From Azolla caroliniana (Eukaryota > Plantae > Polypodiophyta), in assembly GCA_043228905.1 (NCBI GenBank), contig JBHGNT010000008.1, forward strand, positions 13,764,001-13,828,000: DNA of 64,000 nucleotides, written 5' to 3'. Below the pieces are notes generated by a model that was given only the letters and a program-made list of their open reading frames with translations, searched no databases and was not told the origin of the DNA. The position numbers were made by a program, and so were the translations under genes. Positions 38,001 to 46,152 of this stretch are shown here, in pieces. Each line of letters begins with the position of its first letter. Positions within the stretch are counted from its first letter, which is position 1.

Positions 38001-39542
38001 GCGAGTTCACGTTCAAAAGCCTCCCGAGCATGACGTAGCTCGACAACTGTGGTTGCATCTGGTTCATCCTAGGGTGGAGACTCCTCCGTGACTTCCTCGT
38101 CTTTAGATGGCTCGATGGTTGGTAAGGCATTGATTTTGAAGAGAGGGATGATCGTGGGATGATCATCTAGGAAGTCATCGACCTCCTCATCGGCCAACCC
38201 GTCGAGCATATGGACCCCTTCCGCGTATAACGGCGAAGTGTTGAGGGCGACGGGGACTCGTTCTTCAGTGATGATTTGGACTTTTGTCTTTCCTCTTCGG
38301 AACGAGATCATGTTGCGTTGCCAATGTTGCTTGATATTCGTTGTACGCAACCATGGTCAACCTAGTAACATTGGGTAGGCGCCTTGTGTCTCCAGTCATA
38401 GCATGACAACCGAGATCGTGAACATGTGGCCTCCAAGTGTGAAGTCGAGATTGCGGGTTAAACCAATGGGGCGAACGGAGCGGGTGTCGGCCATCCGAAG
38501 CCAAAAGGGGCATGGTTCCCATTGATTCAAGCCTAGGTTGAGACACGTTGACTCGCTAATAACGTTTACGCCGGATCCGCCGTCAATGATGCATCCGTGC
38601 AGGTCTTGTCCCTTAATGATGATTCGCACGGCTGGGTTCTGAGAATCCATGAGTGGTGGACCGGTTCCTGCTTCGGTGAGGTGTACCGGTGGTGTCATGG
38701 CCTTAGTATTGGCCTGGAGTGCCGCTAGGGTGTCCCGAAATCTCGGCATGAGTGGTAGCAGTTTATGTAGGGGCAGCGAGATGCGAGAGTTGGTAAGAAC
38801 ATCCCATAGATGGTCGTCCTCCGACGACGTGGATGGTGTCGGGGTTTGTGGTACTTCACTGGGCCCGTCCATCATGTCAGTTTGCATGCGTGCGGCATTA
38901 TTTTTATTGGCCGTGTCGACCCATTCTTTTGCTGCCTGTTGTACATCATCCTGGATTTGCCACTGAGTAGTCTGTGCTTTACTCCGGGTAGTGACCGTTT
39001 GAACATCGGCCATGATACTGTTCACCGCGGGTGCCTTGCCACGGTTGGTTGTCGGACATTGCGTGGCGTAGTGGCCTGGTTGATTACATTTAAAACATGT
39101 CACATTGGTCGAGTTGCTGGTGTCCGCTCGGTCTGTGTGTGGATGTTGTTGTTGTTGATTCTCGGTCTCGTTTGGTGGTGGGTTGTTCTGAGGTGCGTTG
39201 GAGTTGCGTTGGTCATGTTGAGGAGCGTCCCGTCGGCGGTTGTGATTAGGTCTTCTATTGTTGCGTGTGTTGCGGTTGTCGTTTCGCCGATCAATGCGTG
39301 AGTTCCTTCGGTCATACCGATCATCGCGATCGTCATCGTATCGAGCATAATCGTCGTGTCGGTCATCGCGATAATAATCACGGCGGTTATCACGTTGGTA
39401 GTCGTCGTCTCGGCGCCATCGATCCGGGGATCGCGGTTGGTCGTTATCCTGTCTCGGTAGATATATCGCTCGTCCTGCCGAGAGTATGTATTTCGTGGCT
39501 CGATCTGGCGGACCGGTGCTGCCGTTGTGCGGTTCAGCATAT
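35100..39542 (-). pseudogene. pol: gag C-terminus-PR-RT-RH-IN pseudogene of the non-chromovirus element
   Basis: [49 protein letters not shown] and PYYPQAN motifs, with frameshifts and a probable deletion near 36960. Confidence 0.92.
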
Positions 39543-39982
39543 TGTCAGGAATAGTACTAAAACAGAGATGGAATTAGTACTAAGAAGAGTAGTACTATTA
39601 GTACTAAGAGGACGGGACTGCGTAAGATTCCCGAGAGAGAGGAAGTGAGAAGAGGAGAGAGAGAGGGAAATAGGATGATGACAGCAGCTCTTATATTATA
39701 TGAAAGATAAGTACAAATCGACTAAGAGGCTTAAGACTGGTGTTGAACCAATTTGGTTCAACATAATGCTTAGTGCCTTCTTTTATAGTGTTCTCAGGAA
39801 TAATCCTGAAGCTTCTAGAATGTTCCAGAGAAATCTGGAATATACATTACTTTCTTATAATAAAACATAAATGAAAATAATATTCTATGAATTACAATAG
39901 ATGGTGAGATGGTTAAGAGCTCGACCCATATACCATAAGGTCATGGGTTCGAGTCTTGCCATCTCATGACACTATCTCCCCC

Positions 39983-42900
39983 TTAAAGACAACGAGTGGA
40001 ACGAGTCAGCGCTACTTGCGGACCGGGTTTGTCCGGATACTTTCGGTGGAAATCAGCAAGAAGATCTTGTGCATTGGCAACATTCTCGACGGGTTCCCAA
40101 GTACGTTCGCTCGGACTATAACCGAGCCAATCGACCAAGTAATAGAGTTTGTTGCGAACAAGTTTGGAATCGAGGATGGCAGCAACTTCATACTCCGGGC
40201 CGGCGTCCAACTCCAGTGGGGGCGGCGGTGGTGTCACACGATCGGGAATGGTGTTTGCTTTATAAGGTTCAAGAAGAGAACAATGGAAAACCGGATGTAT
40301 CTGAAGCTGCGGAGGGAGATCAAGGCGGAAGGTGACATCATTAATCTTCCCCGTAATACGGAAAGGACCGAGTCGTCGATAATCCAACTTGTCGCACGGT
40401 CGAGTAGTCTTGATGTGACGACGTAAGAGCCATACTCGATCTCCGATGGCAAAAGAGGAGGGAATCCGATGACGATCCGCATAAGTCTTCTGTGTGTGTT
40501 GAGCATGACGAAGGTGAGTAGAGAGATCCATCTGGATCTTGCGTAGCCTCTCCAAATGATCCTCGGCACGAGGGTTGGTAGGTAGCTCCGGAGTGTCGAT
40601 CACCGACCAGCGAGGATGGAAACCGGTATAAGCGAAAAATGGGGAGACCCGAGTCGAGGAGTGAATAGCATTATTATACGCAAACTCCGCAAAGTGGAGA
40701 ATCTCGGCCCAATCGTCCTGTTGATAACTCAGGAAACACCGGAGATATTGCTCCAGCGTTTGGTTTGTTCGTTCCGCCTGTCCGTCGGTTTGAGGATGGT
40801 AGCCGGAGGAGAGGTTGCAGGAGACCTTGAGCATCTTGAAGAGATGCTGCCAAAATTTGGAGACAAATTGCGGGCCTCGGTCACTGATAATACTGTCTGG
40901 GAGGCCATGATGCCGAAAAACCTCACGCATAACAAGAGCGGCGGTTTCCTCGCTAGTGATGGCTTTAGTACATGGCACAAAATGTGCCATCTTCGTATAT
41001 CGATCGACGACGGTTAGGATAGCATCGAACCCTTTCGAGACCGGCAGATCTGTGATAAAATCAAGACAAATAGACTGCCATGGCTTACTTGGAATTGGTA
41101 AAGGTTCCAACAAGCCATATGGATGGTGTCGTGGCATCTTTGCTCGGCAGCAAGCATCACAAGTCCGAACGTAGTCGTCGACAAAACGGCGCATGTGGGG
41201 CCACCAAAAAGATCGCTGCACTAGCTCCAACGTCTTAGTACTACCGAAATGTCCCGCCGTATGGGTGTCGTGACAATGTTGGACAATTTGAAGGCGACAG
41301 GAGCAATCGGGGACATATACGCGCTTTTTAAAGAATAACAAACCATCATGATATTCGAATTGTCGGTAGTCAATACCTGGTTGTTGAGACTGAGAACAGG
41401 ATGCCCGAGAAGTATCAATGTGCGCTAGGATGTCTTGAGCAAAACTATCCGTCTTCAAGGTTGCACGTATGTCATCGGTAATCCGTGAATCCATCGGGGT
41501 GTGAAAAATCTGCGTCGTGTGCAATCGTGTTGGACCCAAGATTACTTGCTTTTGATTATCAAATGTTGCTTCACCAGGACGAGGTGCAAGATATGAACGT
41601 CGTGATAGTGCATCTGCTTTTCCTTGCTGCTTCCCCGGTCGATATGTGATTTTGAAGTCGAAACGCGTGAGGAATTGCGCCCACCGAGCTTGTCGTCGAT
41701 TTAGTACGCGAGCGTTCTGAAAATAAGCAAGATTTTTATGATCGCTGAAGACAATGACCTGATGTGGAGAGCCCTCTAAGAAATGCCGCCATTGTACAAA
41801 TGAATCCACGATGGCTAATAACTCCTTGTCATGTATTTCGTAGTTGATTTCTGCGACATCGAATTTGCGCGAATGGAAAGCCACCGGATGCAACTCTTCT
41901 TTATCACCTTGTTGAGAAAGGATGCTACCGAGGGCGAAATCTGATGCGTCGGCCTCCATGATGAATGGTTTGCTTGTATCCACATGAGCTAGAATCGGTG
42001 CTGATGTAAAGGCTTTCTTAAGATGCCGAAAAGCCATATCTGCTTCAATGGACCAAAGAAATGCTTGGCCCTTCTTCGTAAGTTGTGTGAGAGGTAAAAT
42101 AATCTTCGAGTAATCCTGTATAAACTTACGGTAGAAGTTAGCAAAACCTAGAAAACATTGTACATCTCGTACCGACCGTGGAATTTGCCACTCTAGTACA
42201 GTTTGGATCTTAGCTGGATCCATGGCGATGCCCTTTGAGGAGATGACGTAGCCTAGAAATTCCACTTGCTTGCAGTCAAAGCTACATTTTTCTAGCTTGG
42301 CATAAAGACCATTCTCGCGGAGTCGCTTTAGTACTAATAGTACATGAGAGTCGTGCTCTTCCTGGGTCTTCGAATAAATCAACAGATCATCCAGATAAAT
42401 GATCAAACAGATATCCAAGAGGTCTCTGAATATATCATTTGCCATGTGTTGGAAGACTGCGGGTGCATTGGTTAGGCCAAACGGCATAACAGTATACTCA
42501 AAATGCCCATACCGCGTGCGAAAAGCGGTCTTCCACTCATCTCCCGGTCGGATCCGCACGAGATTATACGCTCCGCGTAGGTCGATTTTAGTAAAAAACT
42601 TGGCACCATTAACTCGCTCTAAAAGACTTGATATAAGAGGAAGTGCATACCTATTCCGGATGGTGACTTTATTTAATCCGCGGTAATCAACGACAAGACG
42701 AAGTGAGCCATCTTTCTTCTTGACAAAGAAGATGGGTGCACCGGCCGGAGATTTCGAATGACGGATGAACCCGCTTGCCAAGTTCTCCTCTATGTAGGCT
42801 CGAAGGACTTCTAACTCGGTGGGTGACAGGTTGTAAATTGGTCCCCATGGTGGCTCGGTTCCTGGTTGTAAATCGATGGGACAGTCATAGGGACGGTGAT

Positions 42901-43555
42901 GAGGAAGGGTACCGGCTTTTACCTTGTCAAATACATCGGCATAAGGATGATATTTTGCCGGAAGTTGTACTGAGGAGTCCTTCTTAATAGTGCTGGAAGG
43001 ATGTACTGATATGGAAAATAGGAACATTGCCTCCTTGGGTCCTTCTTCGCGTAGTTGATGGAGTGAAATGGTCGAAACTCGGCGAGTTGATTCTTGGGGT
43101 GGTCGATATCGGACTTCTCTTGTTCTCCAATCTATGGCTGGATTATGTAACTCAAGCCAAGGTAATCCTAGGACAATGGGATGCTCTGGACTACTAATTA
43201 TATTAAATGATATTATACACACAAAACTACCTAGGACAACTTGAATGGGTTCTGATTCTTCTACAATATTCCCGGAAGCAATGGGACGACCATCAATGAC
43301 CACTACAGATGCGGGACAAGGAAGTTTTCTTAAGGATATCTGAGAAGCTTGGGCAAAATTTCGATCCATGAAACAGGAATTAGCTCCGGAATCTAAAAGT
43401 GCTAGGACGGGTACTGGGGGAGTACTTTTAGTACTAACAATGACTTGGGCTAGGAACACATTGCTAACTTGCTTGGAAGGAATGGAACCACTAATGGGCT
43501 GTACAGATCTAGGGCTGCTGTCCAACCAAATGGCTCCTATTTTGGCTGGACTCAA
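39983..43555 (-). CDS. pol: Pol polyprotein PR-RT-RNase H-integrase-chromodomain (probably made by -1 frameshift)
   Basis: 1190 open codons with LLDSGA, YLDD, EADASD, HHCC/DDE integrase and a chromodomain (EYEVAAILDS...YYLVDWLGY...TWEP). No AUG at the start. Confidence 0.97.
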   Translation of the reverse strand: MSPAKIGAIWLDSSPRSVQPISGSIPSKQVSNVFLAQVIVSTKSTPPVPVLALLDSGANSCFMDRNFAQASQISLRKLPCPASVVVIDGRPIASGNIVEESEPIQVVLGSFVCIISFNIISSPEHPIVLGLPWLELHNPAIDWRTREVRYRPPQESTRRVSTISLHQLREEGPKEAMFLFSISVHPSSTIKKDSSVQLPAKYHPYADVFDKVKAGTLPHHRPYDCPIDLQPGTEPPWGPIYNLSPTELEVLRAYIEENLASGFIRHSKSPAGAPIFFVKKKDGSLRLVVDYRGLNKVTIRNRYALPLISSLLERVNGAKFFTKIDLRGAYNLVRIRPGDEWKTAFRTRYGHFEYTVMPFGLTNAPAVFQHMANDIFRDLLDICLIIYLDDLLIYSKTQEEHDSHVLLVLKRLRENGLYAKLEKCSFDCKQVEFLGYVISSKGIAMDPAKIQTVLEWQIPRSVRDVQCFLGFANFYRKFIQDYSKIILPLTQLTKKGQAFLWSIEADMAFRHLKKAFTSAPILAHVDTSKPFIMEADASDFALGSILSQQGDKEELHPVAFHSRKFDVAEINYEIHDKELLAIVDSFVQWRHFLEGSPHQVIVFSDHKNLAYFQNARVLNRRQARWAQFLTRFDFKITYRPGKQQGKADALSRRSYLAPRPGEATFDNQKQVILGPTRLHTTQIFHTPMDSRITDDIRATLKTDSFAQDILAHIDTSRASCSQSQQPGIDYRQFEYHDGLLFFKKRVYVPDCSCRLQIVQHCHDTHTAGHFGSTKTLELVQRSFWWPHMRRFVDDYVRTCDACCRAKMPRHHPYGLLEPLPIPSKPWQSICLDFITDLPVSKGFDAILTVVDRYTKMAHFVPCTKAITSEETAALVMREVFRHHGLPDSIISDRGPQFVSKFWQHLFKMLKVSCNLSSGYHPQTDGQAERTNQTLEQYLRCFLSYQQDDWAEILHFAEFAYNNAIHSSTRVSPFFAYTGFHPRWSVIDTPELPTNPRAEDHLERLRKIQMDLSTHLRHAQHTQKTYADRHRIPSSFAIGDRVWLLRRHIKTTRPCDKLDYRRLGPFRITGKINDVTFRLDLPPQLQIHPVFHCSLLEPYKANTIPDRVTPPPPPLELDAGPEYEVAAILDSKLVRNKLYYLVDWLGYSPSERTWEPVENVANAQDLLADFHRKYPDKPGPQVALTRSTRCL

Positions 43556-44709
43556 TCGTTTAACTCTTCATCTAATTGACTAAGGATTTCAAATTTATTT
43601 GAGATACTTGGGCTATTAGTACTATGAATACTATCTGACACTCTATTAGTACTATTACTACTATCAGACACTCCGAAGGGAAGAATTGACTCAGGTTTAG
43701 TACAGGCGACAATTTGATTTACCTGTCTTCTTGGCCTATGGGGACAATTGATGGCGATATGTCCTGGTCCACCGCAATAAAGGCATAATCGATTGGCACG
43801 TCGTCGTTGCTTTTCTTCTTCCGATAACGGGCCGCGTCGACGCATGGTATCGATCTCCATCGGTGTCGAAGTATTTGCTTGAGGTATGTCTCGTGCAAAC
43901 GGTTTAGCCGCGACTGCGGCGTAAGTGGGCTCTGGCCTAGAGCGTGGTATCTGTAATTGACGTTCTGAACGCCGTTCAAAAAGGCGGTTGTCACATCGAA
44001 CTGCTCGACTGATTGCCTCCGTAAGAGACTTTGGTTCTTCGGGGAAAGTTAGAAGTAGATCTTTGACATCGTTTCGCAAGCCATAGCGAAACTGCTCCAT
44101 TAGTGCTTGATCATCCCAGGGTATATCTGAAGCAAGTAGGCGGAAATCCGCCGCGTAGGCAGAGGCTGGACGATCGCCTTGACGCAATCGCCGGATCTTG
44201 TTGATCGCCGTCCTGATGCTGTCGGTGTCTCCAAAGCAGGCTTTAAACTCACCAATAAAATCTTCAAAGTTATTAAGCAAGGGCGATTGTTTTTCTAGAA
44301 GCGGAGCGAACCATGCCAAGGCTGAGCCGCTAAGTAGCGTGCCTATTAGGCCGACTCGAGATGCATCAGTGGGATATCGGGAAGGATGCATCTGGATGAC
44401 TAAGCGTACCTGATTAAGGAATCCCCGAAATTGCGAACGCGTTCCATCAAATTTCACAGGAAGTCCAATCTTGGGCTCTTTATGAAATCCTTGGGGACTG
44501 GATCCTTGTTGTTGCAACGCTGCTTCGAGTTGTTGTACCCGTAACGCTAACTCCCCATGTTGTTGTTGCGTTTGTTGTTTTTCTAGAGCGATTTGTTGCA
44601 GATCCCCTATCAGCCGTTGGTTTTCTTGTTCCAAGGCAACAAACTTTTCTTTTAGGCACTGTAGCTCGGAGAAAACGGATTGGTATTCTTGGGCGCTAAC
44701 AGTAGCCAT
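43552..44709 (-). CDS. gag: Gag with Ty3-type capsid and CCHC knuckle
   Basis: 385-aa ORF with PVKFDG, RLRQG, FRYGL and CLYCGGPGHIAINC motifs. Confidence 0.96.
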   Translation of the reverse strand: MATVSAQEYQSVFSELQCLKEKFVALEQENQRLIGDLQQIALEKQQTQQQHGELALRVQQLEAALQQQGSSPQGFHKEPKIGLPVKFDGTRSQFRGFLNQVRLVIQMHPSRYPTDASRVGLIGTLLSGSALAWFAPLLEKQSPLLNNFEDFIGEFKACFGDTDSIRTAINKIRRLRQGDRPASAYAADFRLLASDIPWDDQALMEQFRYGLRNDVKDLLLTFPEEPKSLTEAISRAVRCDNRLFERRSERQLQIPRSRPEPTYAAVAAKPFARDIPQANTSTPMEIDTMRRRGPLSEEEKQRRRANRLCLYCGGPGHIAINCPHRPRRQVNQIVACTKPESILPFGVSDSSNSTNRVSDSIHSTNSPSISNKFEILSQLDEELND

Positions 44710-44764
44710 AGTATAGGGGAAAGGGTAGGAAGATGAGGGAGAGTGACAAGTAGGCTAGAGGAAA

Positions 44765-44776
44765 AAATTGGTTCAA
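44765..44776 (-). promoter_or_regulatory. Self-priming-type primer binding site
   Basis: Element-sense TTGAACCAATTT lies 2 nt inside the 5' LTR and is complementary to AAATTGGTTCAA (44979-44990) in the LTR. It has no TGG start. Confidence 0.85.
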
Positions 44777-45207
44777 ACTGTCAGGAATAGTACTAAAACA
44801 GAGATGGAATTAGTACTAAGAAGAGTAGTACTATTAGTACTAAGAGGACGGGACTGCGTAAGATTCCCGAGAGAGAGGAAGTGAGAAGAGGAGAGAGAGA
44901 GGGAAATAGGATGATGACAGCAGCTCTTATATTATATGAAAGATAAGTACAAATCGACTAAGAGGCTTAAGACTGGTGTTGAACCAATTTGGTTCAACAT
45001 AATGCTTAGTGCCTTCTTTTATAGTGTTCTCAGGAATAATCCTGAAGCTTCTAGAATGTTCCAGAGAAATCTGGAATATACATTACTTTCTTATAATAAA
45101 ACATAAATGAAAATAATATTCTATGAATTACAATAGATGGTGAGATGGTTAAGAGCTCGACCCATATACCATAAGGTCATGGGTTCGAGTCTTGCCATCT
45201 CATGACA

Positions 45208-46152
45208 CATATTATATTCTCACTGCTCGACCGTGTGAGCTCGAGACTGACAGATCGGACACTGTGGTCAGTGGGGACATTCGAGGGCCAGGTGCCCTGA
45301 TCCTGAACACGCACTGCATTGGAGGGCTTGGCGAAAGCAATTGTCCTCTTGGGGAAGAACGTTTTGCAAGGATGTCATCGAGAAGGTCGTGCCGTGCTGG
45401 TTCCGATCGAGGGCGAGAACGCGCGCTATGACTTGTTCGATAGTATGGTTGGCGAAATTTGTAAGTGCGAGAGTCGTTCGTAGAGGCTCTCATAAACTAG
45501 ATAGGAAAGTGTCTGGTATATGTTGTGCCGAGACATCATCGGCCACTTGTCTGTAGAGATCCTAGAACCGGATCGTGAACTGCACGACCGTTTCGTGCGG
45601 TTCCTGGCATATAGAGAAGAATTGCCGGAGCAGTTCCCGTTTAGGCACCTCGCGATGAAAAAGTTCAAGGAACTTTGTGCGCACGATTTGGAAAGTGGTG
45701 GCCTCTCCTATTTCGAGGCGAGAGTACCATCGTGCGGCCGGTCCATCGAGGGAGAGTGTGAACTCGGCAATCTTCGAGGCATCGATTTCGGCCGGCGTGA
45801 GGCGATGCGTGGAGTGGTTAGCCTACCACATGGATATGAAGGCACGGACGTATGACTCCGCGTCTGGTTCGTCGGTATATCGTGGGTATGGGTACGGTAT
45901 GATGTCGTACTGTGGGTCTTCTGGTAGCACCGGAAAAGGGTTTAGTTCCGGTTGATTGACCTCCGAAGGGCTCGACGGGGGTTCTGGTGGTGAATCAACT
46001 CGCGATCGAGTGTCCGGTGGTGAGGATTGCACTGGACAAGCCTCTAATTGATTGGGAAAGGATTGGTTAGTGACCGCCGAGTCGGAACTTCCTTCGACTA
46101 GCTCAGGGCGTCGGGCGGGTGGCCGAGACCGCGTGGTGCGAGAGGGCGCCAT
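45208..46152 (-). pseudogene. gag: gag N-terminal part of the non-chromovirus element
   Basis: ORFs 45823..46152, 45426..45668 and 45212..45493 follow the PBS and continue at 39540 across the CATAT TSD. Confidence 0.8.

Larger units (their letters stand above)
39543..45207 (-). mobile_element. Intact Tcn1/Tf1-sushi-like chromovirus (copy 3)
   Basis: 429-bp LTRs at 39543-39971 and 44779-45207, identical by eye; TSD CATAT; PPT at 39972-39987 (minus TTTAAGGGGGAGATAG); open gag and pol. Confidence 0.97.

Noticed and set aside
39898-39965. Functional tRNA gene
   Set aside because: The anticodon and T stems do not pair properly and it lies inside an LTR; kept only as a tRNA-like cassette.
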